Shown one piece after another: positions 13,767 to 27,011 of a stretch of DNA of 64,000 bases. Source of the stretch: Ramazzottius varieornatus (lineage: Eukaryota > Animalia > Tardigrada); NCBI GenBank assembly GCA_001949185.1, contig BDGG01000003.1, positions 4,318,411 through 4,382,410 of the forward strand. Direction: 5' to 3'. The notes under the pieces were generated by a model. That model searched no databases, was not told where the DNA came from, and saw only the letters and a program-made list of their open reading frames with translations. The translations under genes were made by a program, and so were the position numbers. Positions within the stretch are counted from its first letter, which is position 1; each line of letters begins with the position of its first letter.

Positions 13767-16700
13767 TCATGTCCGGCTAGGCGTCTGAAGCAGACCGGTC
13801 TTGCTTTGAGTAAGCGACGCCCTGCGAACCTTCTCAGCCATCAGTCTCTCAACCGCCCGATCTTCCGTTGCCGCTTCCTGTGCGGTCTGTGGCGCCTGAC
13901 CCACGCGTTTCTTTCTCTTCTTCCGACCATTCGCAAGGTCCTGCGGCGTCAACTTGGTGAAAGTGTCTGCAGGAGGTGGATACCCTCTCAGTATAATCGG
14001 CGCACCGTCCGGATACCTCATGGTATTCGGCGGAAACTCCATGTGTGTGATGTCCGCGATCTCCAGTTCGAGTTCCAAAAACTCGCTGACTTTGGTACAC
14101 GTCATGAGAATGGAGTAGGCTTTCTCTAATAACGCCGCTTTCTGATTGTCGAACCTCCTTCGAGCGATCTCTACTGGGTCGTCGGCCTTCGCAGCTAGTC
14201 GTCGCTCAGCTTCCAGTTCTTCGTCTGTCTTGACGTGTTCCGTTTCAACCTGCGCTTCTTCCCTCGGTTTCAGATCGTCCTCGGTCATATACGGAGTTCT
14301 TCTGCGTGGACGTGGTAGATATGGCGCTTCGTTGTCTACCTTCTTCCGTAAAACCTCGTACTTGAACCCACGATCAACAATCATTCGGCGAAGCTTTCGG
14401 GGAGGATGTGCTGGTTCGGGTGGTGGCACTTCTTCATCGTCATCTGGGTTCTCTTTTGAGCGAACACCGGCTCCGACCAGGGACTCGTGCCGCTCTCTTT
14501 CTGGCGCACCAGGCGCTCCGGCTTCTGTCGCATCGGCGACCTCCGGCTCACCCGGCGCACCTTCGACCGGGTCAGCGGGAATCGACTCTTTGGGAGGTAC
14601 TGATCCAGCGGACAGTCTGTCTTGCGAACCATTTTCCTCAACGTCCGAAGTCTGGAAATAACACAGACACTGCATGGAATCCGAGCAAGCGAAGTCGACA
14701 AGCTCGCTTTTTCAAGTGGCGCACGTTTCCAGCTCATAACACCGGAAAGGTGCGCCACATGGGGAAATATCGAACTTGATAGATCGTTTTTCCAACTGGC
14801 GCATACTCTCAGCTTTTGACACCAAAAACTGCGCGACACTGGGGGAAAACAATCTTCGGCTGGCTTAGTTTCTCCCAACTTCTAACGTATCGAACAACCT
14901 TCGAGGATGACAGTAAACGTTTACCTTTGGTTTTTTCTTCTCTGGTTGTTTCTTCTCTTTAGTCGGTGCGAACAGGCCCTGGTGCTTTGCTTCATGCACG
15001 GGTGCCACTTTTGTTGCTTCAGCTTTCCGCAAGTCTTCCTGGAGCTCTGCAGACTTTCTGCGGCGTTTGTCCCAGTCGGCGGTATCTTCGTGGGCAGTGG
15101 TCTCGAAGACTTCGAGCAGACAGGCAGGGACTGGCCGACTGCCCGGTGAATCCGGCAGTGGTAGTATAGCCGGATGTTCGCGGCGTTTAACGATGGCCTG
15201 CTTGATCAGTGCGCGGTTCTTGTCCCATTGGTCTTCATTGCTGTCTGGATCGTAGTAAAGGTTGTCGTTGGCCTCTTTTTCTTCTTTCTTGTCCACCAGC
15301 GATACTTCCGACGCTTTAGCAATCTTCTTCATCCTGTTTTCGTATTCTTCGGCTTGTGCGATAATTGCTTTGATGTGCTTCGGATGTCGGAAGGTATCTA
15401 GAAGAACAGAAACAATGCACAGAGTAAACGGAGAATATTTGAAGTTCAGCAAACCAAAACGAAAAGATCATTTTCTCTAGTGGCGCATGCTTCTGACTAA
15501 TTAGACTGATATCGTGCGCTACTTGGGAAATCGATCTTGCTTGTTTGCCTGATTTCCTTGTGACATCGTATGTTATGTTATGGTACCTCACATGACTCAA
15601 TGACAAATTTACAACAGTTTCTTACTTTCGGGTGGCGCATAGTCTTTGAGACTGCTCAGCACAGTTCTATCCAGCTTCTTCATGAACGCCAAGTCATCGC
15701 ATTTCTTCGTCCGAATAGCGGCAATAGCTCCATGTTCCGCTGACCGATACCCGCATATCTCTCTCCAAGGTCTCCTCCTCGCTATGATGTGATTACTTCT
15801 CGACAGTCTTCCTGGCTGACGAACCCAGCATATATCCATCGGTTTCTCCTGCAGCTTGCACAAGGTCTGCGACAAGGCCCACTTGTACCGCGAGTTCTTC
15901 AGGCCGCCTTCTTTCGCTGGCGGTATCACTGACGTAATCTTCTTTTCTCGCATCCATTTACCGTATTCCAGCAGCCAGTCTGTCAGCTCATCGTACCGCC
16001 TAATCTGTTTGTTCTTCATCAGCGAGCAGATCACTTCGAACTTGTCGATTCGACTGCGAAGGTACTTCAAAGCTCGGTCAATCTTTCCCGTGTTATTTTC
16101 ACGACCTTGACGCGGGAGGAAATGCTCCTACAAGATAGAGAAAATGTATTCCGCACCAAAAGACAACAAAGTCCAGCAATAACAACTGGTGTGTGGGCGG
16201 ATGAACTGAACTAGATCGTTTTCATAAGTGGCGCACACTTCTCGCCAAAAACAATGAGAATATGCGCCACTTGAAAAACATAGACGAATTCGATTTAATC
16301 TGCTTTCCCAGTGGCGCACGGCTTCCGGCCAATGACATCGGAATTGTGGGCCACCTGAGACAAGGATTTGGTTCAAGTATTTTGCGAGCTCCCAAGTTTT
16401 ACCTGTTTGATGAGATGCTTTTCGATCTGCATTTTATTATCCCAGTATATCCCCAAGACCTTATGCGCCGTCTTCAGTTGCATGATCGAAGTCTTTTTCA
16501 CCCTCCGCTGTACATAATCCGGTGGTTCAGGTTTAGTGACATGGAACATGTTGATCTCGTCCTGAACTCCAGTAAGATACGGTTCCAGCGGATACAGCTC
16601 GTCATAGTGCTTATACGTATCGTTAAAGATTTTCTGCGCACGTTCCTGGCCTTGCACCAACCGATAAAAGACGCGCATGTTCCCGCCGTAAAACATGGGC

Positions 16701-17293
16701 ACTTCACCACCGGTCAGATCGTACATCAAGGCAATCGTTCTGTAATAGCCATCCTCAAACGGTATCTTATGCGGATACTTCAAGTTGATCCCTTGAGTAT
16801 AACACATCAACGCGCTCTCGAAATCGCACATGCGGAAGTAGGCGTCGGCTTTGAGTAACAACGCACCGTAGTCTTTGGGGTTGGCTTGGAGGATCGTTTC
16901 CGCCTTGGCCAGTGTCTTGTCATGCTCGTTGAACTGACTGTGATAGTGGCCTTGCTGAATCAGCAAATTCCGGTTATTTGGATCGTAATGAGCGATAGAG
17001 TCGTAATAATACTTGGTTTTCTCATGACGGTTCTTGCAGCGCTTCAGCGCCTCAGCAATGTCCAGTGCTCGATCGATAAAGTATAAAGGAACGCGCTTGA
17101 CGCCCACCGGTCCGAAGACGCGAGGATAGCCAGTTTTCCGGTGTAGGCGAGAAAGTGGGTAAGTGACTTCTTTCGATTCCTTGACATGCTCAATTTCGGT
17201 CGGTGGAGGAAGCTTTAATGTATCTGATTCGGGGTATAGCTTTTCGGCATTGGGCGGCTTCGGTGGACGAACCTTCTTCGGTACGGGGAGCAT
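13767..17293 (-). CDS. TPR protein, ODAD4/TTC25 (outer dynein arm docking complex)-like, with a long charged C-terminus; about 4 exons
   Basis: Exons at about 17293-16403, 16127-15613, 15398-14923 and 14651-13767. The TPR segment LAKAETILQANPKDYGALLLKADAYFRMCDFESALMCYTQG resembles the TTC25 N-terminal TPR. Joining of the exons is inferred from GT-AG sites. Confidence 0.6.
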
Positions 17294-17668
17294 TTAATAC
17301 TGCAATTTCCAGAAATACCACAAAATAACCCTCAGCTCATTACAATTTTTATCTCATCGACTGTTTTAGTATCACATAAGGGATGAAACTAAACATCAGC
17401 CAGCTGCGAGAAAAACTCTAAATATTCGAAAAACAACAACAAAGGTAATTTGTTGCTACACAGAACGGAAAAAGGCGAAAGAAGGTCAATGAAAATTCCG
17501 AATGAAAACTAAACAGAAAGTTTGAAGGTTTTCCGAGTGGCGCACACCTTTGGCTGTTATCAACGGAAACGTGCGCCACTTGAAGTATCGAGCTGGTTCA
17601 GTTCATTCACCCACGTTCATTCTAGTCATCGGCAAGGAACTTATGTAACATATTTCGAGGGGGAAACT

Positions 17669-20654
17669 TTAAGAAGAGTTCGACCAATCGTCGCCACTGG
17701 CGCTTCGTCGTTTCGCGTAGATCCAGTCTCTTCTTTCGATGTCGACATACGCGAAGATGGCCAGCACCACGATCAACGCGAACGACCCGACAGCGAACGC
17801 CAGACCGGACCACCAGGTCGCCGTGTAGTGGAACAGTCCCACGAAGATGATTGAGCCGAGTAGCGGCGCGATGGACTGGATGACGGAAATCAAGGCCATG
17901 GCTCGCCCCAGCTCATTCTTACCCACGAGCTCACCAAGGACCGAGCGAACACACACCATACACAGGAGACGCATGTGGCCGAAGCCCGCACTGGCGTAGA
18001 TGTGCCAGCCTTCCGTCGCCACGGAGTAACCGATGTAACCGATAATAGCGGAAGTATAGGCTACCATCTAGAACAGAACAACGTCTGTCTACTTGAACAC
18101 TGTCATTGACTCTCTTCCAGTACACAAAGGGCATATGCTAAAACCTGGGCCTGGACTGGATCGCTAGATCCCTGGATCTGGATTCCGGACCTGGATTTTG
18201 TCTGGATTTGTACTCTGTATCCGGACTAGTTATCCGTAGGACGCCAAAAAGTAGCAGAGAAAACAGGTATCAGACCGTGGCGAATGAATTGAACATGGTC
18301 GTTTTCCTAAGTGGCGAACACGTTCGGCCGGCTACAACGGAAAGGTTTCGTTTCGAGAACCTGTTTAGTTTCGAGAACCGCTAGGAACTCGGCTGCCAGC
18401 AGTATAGGATGCACTGACAAGTGAGCGAAACTTGATTTGGTAACAGCACGTTATTCGCCGGACCAGACTCCATTTTTGTCATCAAGCTGCCTAAGGTCTG
18501 ATCTCCAGTAGAGTTTCCTGAATTGCCATCATTCACAGTACTACCATATGGCTCGTGCGGTATCCTTACAAGGCTGCAAAGAGATGTGGACGTCGGCAAG
18601 AGAATTGAACATTTTCGGTATCTGCACTGGCGCACTTTTCCGTTGTGTTCGGCCGAGCGTGTGCGCCACTTGGGAAAACGACCATGTTCAAGTCATTCGC
18701 CAAGGTCTGATATCTGTTTTCTCTGTTGCCTTTAGGCGTCCTACGGACAACTAGTCCGGAAATCCAGACAAAATCCAGGTCCAGAATCCAGATTCAGGGA
18801 TCCAGCGATCCAGTCCAGGCCTATGTTTTAGCATAGACCTACAGAAAGTGCTCTTACCGCAATCGAAGTTTCCGTCATTCTGAAACAGCGACGAAGGAAC
18901 GCAACTGTGAAGACGACCGAGACAGAGCCGACGAGACCCAGAAGGCCTTGGAAGAAACTATACTGTTGTAAGGTCCAGCGGAAGGGCTCAAATTCCAAGA
19001 AGAGCTGCGTCACAGCGGACTTTCCTGGAAGAAGGGAAAACTGCAAGTACATTTTGTTTCACTTCTGTTCAGATGTCTTAAGACGAAGACTAGCAGATAT
19101 TATTTCAATGGGGAGGTCGGCAAATGAATCGTACGAGATTGTTATATCAAGTGGCGCATCTGTCCATTATTATTAACTGAGATCGTGCGCCACATGAGAC
19201 GTCGATCTTGGACGTTTCGTTTGCCGGCCTCCCAGATACATTTTCGAGATACTAGGTGGACAACTATTTCGAGAAAGATGTTCGTACCGCTGTAAGCGAT
19301 GTTGGAAATGAACGAAGCTAGTAAAATCAAGCACACATGGAGTCTAGTTTCCCCGGTCCGTTCTTTATTCAGCAAGTCGAAGCTTTCCCGTAAATGTCGG
19401 AGAGAGAACAGGTCGCTGCAGCCGTCAGAGCCGTATTTTGGTGGAGGTCGTAAATCATGGATGGCCACGATACCATACAAAAAGCAAGCCAAATACAGGC
19501 CACCAGCTACCATGAACGGGTATAGTATCGCCTTCTCGAACAAGTAACCTCCAAGGAAGGAGCCACCGTTCATAGCGATGACCAACAGTCCTTCGATAAT
19601 GGCGTTGTTGATGGCACGGTTAGACGAGTCGGTGAAGTCCCCGATGTAGCTGAAGACGGCCATCATGATGATGAAACGACCTCCTAGGAGGGAGGACAGA
19701 ACAGGGGAAACGAGAAGGTAGGACGGAGGAACGGGACGGATTACACAAAAGGCCGCCCATGCTGCTGCGGCAGCCAGACCGAAGAACGGAACGAGAAGGA
19801 GCCGCTTTCGCCCAAAATGGTCGCTCCAAGAACCTAAACGATCACAGAAAAGGTGAAGGGCAAGTTCGACGTGGACGAACACGTACACAAACAAATTTAA
19901 CAAGATTGTTTTAGTAAGTGTCGCAAGTTTGTAGTGTTTTTGGCCGACGGTGCGCGCCGCTTTGGAAACTCCATAAGATCGTTTCCTCAAGTGGCGCACT
20001 TCTGCAGTGTTTCTGGCTAAAAGCGTGCGCCACGCATAAATCTTGTCAAGTTTATCTCAAAAATCTCAAAGAATTCTCACATGGAAATTATTTGAGGTGT
20101 TTTGCAACCAATATGTGTAGTTTCTTTATATAGTTTTAACGAGATGTAGGAAAATATGTGGTAGGAATTCGGAGTAAATTTATAAAAGGTCACGTACCTA
20201 AAAACAACGATAAGATAATGGCCGGTATGGATTCCAGCAGGACACTGTACAGCTGATAGGCCGACGTTGTCTTGCGAACTGCGTCCATCTCATTGTGGTT
20301 GTACTTGTTGACAAGATGAGCGCATACCTCCGACGAAAAGTTGTGGTGAAGTTCACAAACCTTCAACACAAGAAAACGTTACCACAACGTTCCCCAACCG
20401 GAAATCAGAAACCAACAAAATGTTCTGAATTGTGGTACCTTGTACTTTAAGAGTTCGACGTAAGATGGGCCATAAATTCCGAAAGCCAGGCCGAACATTA
20501 GGACGACAGGTGCGGCTCGAATAGCTCCATAGTACGGAGAAGTCTTCTCTGAAACTCCGCTCAAGCTTCTGACCAAAGGACTGTTCTCATCGGAGCTGGT
20601 GTAAGGGCTCCGGGTCTTGGTAACCTTCGTACTCCGATATACTTCCGTCGGCAT
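17669..20654 (-). CDS. MFS transporter, SLC46 (proton-coupled folate transporter-like) family
   Basis: MFS motif A GSWSDHFGRKRLL, MAVFSYIGD, LFSLRHLRESF, RSVLGELVGKNELGRAMALISVIQSIAPLLGS; multiple hydrophobic helices over about 5 exons. Confidence 0.88.
18134..18835. mobile_element. Foldback/MITE element (~700 bp) with ~200-bp inverted arms in an SLC46 intron; each arm contains a palindrome-family unit
   Basis: Ends TATGCTAAAAC...GTTTTAGCATA. Arms 18134-~18344 and ~18635-18835 are reverse complements and include GGATCTGGA/TCCAGATTC sub-repeats. Confidence 0.85.
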
Positions 20655-21241
20655 TTTCGACGTTTTAAATCACTGAAAAGATGCGAATGAACGACCCTCA
20701 GAATGAAAACCAAGAAAAGTAGGCGAACGATTGATCGAGATGGAAATACAGAGGATGGAGTGCGACAAACTTCACATCCTGGTTGAAGTTAGGACTGTGC
20801 ACGTAAATCGAAGAGTCCCGTCCTGATTGAAACCTCATTGGCGCACTTAATGGTCTCACTTCCTTGTTCAGCCACCCATCAATATCGGTTTCGACTATGG
20901 AAACCCCTGTAGTAAGTGCTCGTTATCGAAACCAGGAGAGAGATTACAGGCACGAGATGCGATACCTCCGATACGCTATCGTAACCTCGTACTTGAAAGT
21001 GGGCTATTTTTCCGGTACGAGTACTAGTAAATTTACTTCCAAAGATATTCATGATAACAAAATATTTCAACAGAAATCCGAAGTCTCTTCGCGGATAAAA
21101 ATAATCATTCTTTTCTGAAAAATATGTTTTAAGTTTGAAAGCTATAAAAATGCGTGTTAAAAAAACCATTTAGAATGCAAAAATCATGTTTTTTGGTTTT
21201 TTTCCGTAAAAAATCCGTTTTCAGTTCTCTTGGGATTTTGG

Positions 21242-23529
21242 TTACCAGTTTCTGGTCCGAGCGGGAGCGGCGGAAAACGTTATCCTGACATCAGCGTGGA
21301 AATCTGGATCGCGTTCGCATTCACCTTCCTCCTTCTCGGTTGAGTCTTCCTGAACAGGACAGTTCGGTTGCGGGACGTACAGGACGTGACCAACCTTTGA
21401 AGAGACGTCATCAAGACGAAAGCCACTAAGGCGCTTCCGGTTCTCCTCGCCGCCAAGGTTCTTGCACATGTTCTCCAGCACGTCACACTTCCTCTTCAGC
21501 CGCTTGATCGTTTCATCTTTTTGTGTGGTGTCTACCTGATCGTTCGACAAGCTAGGTTCTCTCTCCCCTGAAACCGCGTCCTCCACTTGCTGTTCTGAAA
21601 CAGAAAGCATCCTCAATCGTAAATTTTAAAGGGGTGAGGATACTGTCACCCAGTAAAACCCACAAAGGTTATTAGCACTCACTAAAATTATGGTCGTACC
21701 CCACTTTAGTTATCGTCATGCAGCCATTGGATTTGATTCTTCGCGAGGTTGGCGCACACCCAGAAAAGGCACGCCAACTATTTTTTATTGATTTCAGTCC
21801 AAAGTTTTTTGAAGAGTGGAAGTAGAAGTTAGGTCAGCAGATGCAAGTTCGAGTCTTCCGCCAGGTGGTAGGAATTGGTCAAAATATAGAATTACAGAGA
21901 AACGCAGTATGAACATGTGAACCGTTCCTAAATCAGTGTCGGCGCGGGTGGTGAAAAAGATCTCTAAAGTGCAACAGCCCGTGGTACCCGAAGTTTTTTT
22001 CTGTGGTCAAGTCGCGTAGTAAATACCATGCGGTGTTTGATGGACCAGACTCGAACCCGCTCATCCCACGCATTATGACTCGAAGAACCTTCGGATTCTC
22101 CGACAAGTCTCGTTTTTCCGGGTCGAACAGGTCCGCGGTACGTATTTCAGTGTCGACTGGGATAACTCTCACACCTACGGGCGCGAGGTCACCGGAACCT
22201 TCTTGTTTGTTGCCCGCGCGGTTTGACCGTGTGCCGCTAGAGAAGAATAACCTCCTTAAAGTATCACACAAAAACACTTACTGCACCCAGTGCTGCTAGA
22301 GAAATCGTCTTTTGTGAGAAGTACAGTATCACAGAAATTCGCACACTACGGGAGGACCATTATCAAAACAGTTTTCGATGTCCTATTCTCGAGAAGCAAC
22401 AAGTCAGCAATACCTTTAGAAATCTGGGGTGGCAATAAGCTTACTAGGTGTGTGTACTCTGGATTAATTCTTGATTTCAGCGAGTGACAATAACTATAGT
22501 GGGTTTTACTGGGTGACGATAACCATTTCCTTCTGAAAATACCCATCTTTCAATTACCTGCAAACACAAACCTAGGTACCTAGCACAAGGCGCAAGTATG
22601 CAGGTGCCCGTCAGAACGGTACTTCCGGTTCACCAGCTTTTCTAGACTAACCTGCATTTACGATATTTTCCCGATCGACATGCTTCTCTTGTGTCGCGTC
22701 CGAACGCACGGAACTTGGTACGACTCCTGTCCGATCATAGGTGCTAAAGCTCTGGTGAGGAATTTCGTCCATTGGTTCGACAGTCTCGGCTCTACTGGCA
22801 TACGTTCCCTGGACGACCTCGTCCTCTTCCTCCTCGCTCTGATCTCTCCAGACACTTTCTTCCACGACCGTATCAGGCTCCACTATCACTTCGTCTTCGC
22901 CACGTTCTTCATTTTTCTCGATGCAGTCTTCCCGTTCTTCAAGTCGCAACCGGTCAACTGACGGATAAGGAAATCCCAGCGAAACGTAACGATCCCCTGC
23001 AAGAGAAAGAACATGTTCAACATGGGCAGATCAAGCATTCGGATCTGCATCACCGAAATCCTTACCTGGGCTGCACGTCCATTGGGAAAGGCCATTAGAT
23101 CGCATCAACTGGTTCCATTCATTCTCAAACCATTCTCGGGAATTCATTTCAAGGATAAGCTTGACCATAGTTCCGGAAAACAGGAAGAAGCGATCAGATC
23201 AGAATGAAATTCGAATTCCGAAACCAAAGAATCGAATTAGGCAATCAAGGGAAAATCAACAACAAACCAATCAACCGTCAAAAGGAAAACCGCTTTTCTG
23301 TCCACTCTGCAGGCGGCGCTGCTCACACGAAAGCTGGCGTCGGAAGTGGTTTCTCGCGATCGTCAAGCCTTTTGAGGGCTTCCAGAACCAGGATGCTGGA
23401 GGAGTGAGACTCCCGGGAAGCTAGTTCGTTCTCTAGCACCGATCTGACCACTCCGTAAAACAGTCTTGAGACTACATCCGCCAGTAGCTTTAACGGGTAC
23501 GTGAAAATGCTTGATAGCCACCCGAACAT
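21242..23529 (-). CDS. Uncharacterized multi-exon protein (hydrophobic/amphipathic N-terminus, acidic middle, short coiled coil)
   Basis: Consecutive minus-strand ORFs (23529-23323, 22949-22647, 22277-21933, 21616-21242) bounded by GT-AG sites. No family recognised. Confidence 0.5.
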
Positions 23530-24171
23530 ACCAGATCCTCAGAAACTCCTACCAACCGCAAGAAACGGACGGAAACACCTACGAATGTAATGATATGCCT
23601 AAGAAAGCTTATGAGATCGATGCTGACATCTATTAACATACTGTTACCTAATGAGCGAGGCATTAATTATAATTCGCGACAGCCATGGTAATTGAAACAG
23701 ATCTTTTTGCAGTGGTTGCGGAATAGCTTATCCGCGTGCGTAATACAGTACGGCAATCGTTAGTTTGGTCGATGTCGTTGCCGAGGGCGCTCATCTGTCG
23801 ACCATGTCTCAAGGAAGCATACCATTCCCCGGACATGCTGACAAACGCCATCGGAACACGGACTACGTAATTCTGTATGCTTTTAAGAGACTACCGGATG
23901 GAGCTTGTTGATTTCCATTCAATACAACGACCCGGCGAAGGAGCCCATAAAGCAGACGATCATGAATTTATATCGAACAGAAACAGATGAAATGTTCATA
24001 ACGAACATCGAAATAAGGCAAACTAGCTGAGCTTGAACCGTATTATGATGTAATTACGGTAATCAGTACCAAAAAAACGGAAATCACAGGCATAAAAATC
24101 TGAAGAAACAAAGTCATGTGCCGGCTGCCCAGACAGATCAAGCTGGGATTACAAAACACATTTTCCGCACT

Positions 24172-27011
24172 TTACTGCTCATGAGAAAAAGAATGTTCCA
24201 TCATTCTTGGTCTTTCCTGGGGGATAGATTTGAGTTCCGGATCAAGACGCACGAGCTCTTTAGCCTGTCGAATGAGGTTTTCGAAGAACTCTTTCTTGTC
24301 GACATGCTCCTTCGCGCCCTAAGACAACAACATACCGTCTGACTAAGCATTCTTGTACGAAAACCCAAAGGGACGTACCTTTTCGAACCACCAGATGGCA
24401 TCGCCGACTCGTCTTCGGAACACCAAGAACTCTCCATAGATCCAACAGACGTCAGAGTTGTGCGGGTTGATGTCTGCAGCTCTCTTGAAATGGTGCTCGG
24501 CTTTGTCCGCTTCACCCGCCGAAAAGTACAACTTGCCCAGGTTGACATGCGCAACCAGGAAGTAGGGGTCGCGCTCCACGGCTTCCAGAGTCACCGCAAT
24601 GGCGTTCTTGATGTCTGCTCGAGAGGCGTAGTTTTCCCCAAGACGGTTGGTGATTTCCGTGTTTGTGGGATACTTCTCGTGAAGCTCTGTCCAAATCTTG
24701 AAGGCTTTCTCGAGCTTAGTTTTCGAGTCGAGGATCTTGCTATCCTCGATCGCATTATCTACAACAATAGTTCCTTTAATTTATACCAAATTGGATCTCG
24801 GCAAACCAACTTACCTGGGTTGTTTCCCCAAGTGGCGCACTCTTTCAGGCTAGTAGTCTGAAAGCGCGCGCCACTTGGAAACATAATTTTTTTCAGAATT
24901 ATTTGCCTCGGTCTAGAAAAGTCCTTTTTGTACTAGGATATTCAAGAACACTTCTCTCGGAAGTTAGAGCTTACTTTCATAAGTGAGGTTCTCCATGTGG
25001 AGAGCTCCGATGTTCTTCTGGATGCCGATTGCGATGGTGTCGCCGAGATTTATGGTTCCATGATACCACGATTCAGGCTGCAAAAATACAATGGACACGT
25101 TTTACGATGTACCATAACGTAATTGAGGTCATCGAATTTTCATTTGCGAATGACTTGCCAAGTAGACTATATCGCCAGGTCCTTGCATGCATTCCATGGG
25201 CATTTCTTTCTTCGAGAGCTCGGGGTAGATTCGATGGAACCACTCCATGGTGTTGAGCCCTGGCCAAACTCCGCCGGGTGGCGTGTGTGTCGGTGGGTAG
25301 ATGAACCAGCGTTTCCATCCAAAGACCACCCCGTTCCATGCATCGGCATGCTTGTGGAAGGATACGCCGGACATCGACGCACCCAGGAAGAAAATGTTCT
25401 CGTCGTGCACGGGCTAAGAAGAAAAACAATGTTGATGTGAGAAAGAGACAGTATTCGTACATTACACACAGACAACAATCTCGACAAGATCGTATATCCA
25501 AATGGCGTACGGTCACAGCCAGTACTGCTGGAAGAGTGCGCCAAGTAAGGAAAACAATCTGGTGAAGCTAGTTTACCGAGCTCACCCGTATGAAAATGCA
25601 TCTCTTTTCGAACTAGTAGTTTTCTTACGTGGATAGCGAGGTAAGGTGGCGGGTGCATGCTTCTCGGAAGTTCCGACTGGTTGTAGAATGTGCGGTCAAA
25701 CATGTAACTGCAAAGCAGAGATAGTTATGTTCCTATTGCTTTATAACACCTCCTTCGAAATGCATAGAACCTCTTTGAAGTTCTCGATTCACCACGGAAC
25801 TTCGCAGTTAAGCAATAAACACAGATGTAAGTTTTGGCTTCGACTTACAAAGGTTCGCGGTGCTCGTCTCGTTGTTCCATGATGCTCATGATGTAGTCCT
25901 CGAAGCTGCTTTTGTAGTGACCATTTCCGCCGTGACGGACAATGTCCACACCTTTTCCGGAACCGACTTCCCATTTTCCATAGGTCCTACAAAAGAAAAA
26001 GCACGGTTGCGCATTGTTTTCGATTTATGAAATGACTGTTACTTTCGCGCTGCAAACTCGGTAACAGTCCCTCAGGGCTTCATTGCATAACAGCAACGTG
26101 CTTCGAACCTTCAACGTATTTTTGTTCACAAAGGCATTTGAACTTGTTTGTTTACAAAGGCGTTAAGAAAGCGCAGCAATTACGGACCCAACCCGGATGT
26201 ACATTACCATGGGAAAAATCCAAAGGAACATGAAGGGACTTACTTGAGCAGATAAGGTAATGTCCAAAGCTCGGCTTTCGTCCAGTCATCTGCTCCATTG
26301 GGAAAATGGATCAGCAGTGGTTTCTTGAATCGGTACTCTTTCTCGAAATATTCTGGTGTTAGGTTCTCAGCGGAAATTTCATCGAGATCACAGCCTTTGA
26401 TGCCATGAGAGTCCCAGTCCGCCTTGCTGGCTGTTCTCCATCCACCATTCTCGTTCGAGATATCTTCCGCTCTTCTCACTGGCACAATCTTTTTCGAAGG
26501 AACGTGTCTTGAGTAGGGCGTTACAAGAGGAGGTATATTGCCGTAGGCCTTGGCGTGACCAGGTGCATACGGACCCTGTAACGCAAAAGAAGAAACATCG
26601 AGCGTCGGCCAATGAATGACATATGATCGAGATCTCACTAGCGCACATTTTCATTGTCATAAGCTGAACGCACGCGCCACTTCAGATGACGATCTTGAGC
26701 ATATTGCTAATGACAATGGGATGCGGAAGTACAATCAACAATCAAACGAGATTTACATGATTTGGAACAGGTGGTTTGTACGCCTTATTCGGTCCTCTCC
26801 GATATTCCGGAGCAGCTTTCAGGTCCCTGGACTGCAGACCGTAGTAAACCGCAGCGGAAACAGCTAAAGTGGCGAAGAGGAATTGCCAGCTGGAAACACT
26901 TGACAGGGAGGATTCGTAGAAGGGCTTTGAGTTGGAGCTGTTCAGGACGGTGTCCACGTTCCTCTTGACATCGTTCACCGCCGGTGTTCTGTCCTTCTTG
27001 GAGGAGCCCAT
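24172..27011 (-). CDS. Membrane-anchored JmjC/cupin-8 (JMJD8-like) oxygenase-domain protein with C-terminal TPR repeats
   Basis: N-terminal TM WQFLFATLAVSAAVYYG; CDLDEISAENLTPEYFEKEYRFKKPLLI; FFLGASMSGVSFHKHADAWNGVVFGWKRWFIYPP; ECMQGPGDIVY/LPESWYHGTINL; TPRs AVERDPYFLVAHVNLGKLY...AEHHFKRAADINPHN. Confidence 0.8.

Noticed and set aside
14146-14661. Long antisense ORFs (for example 14146-14661, 16262-16858, 35402-36046, 42214-42789)
   Set aside because: They are shadows of real exons on the opposite strand, with no independent protein features.
21747-21780. gttggcgcac...gcacgccaac hairpin as a member of the palindrome family
   Set aside because: It lacks the CCCAAG/GATC arm context and the 27-bp spacer, so it was not counted.
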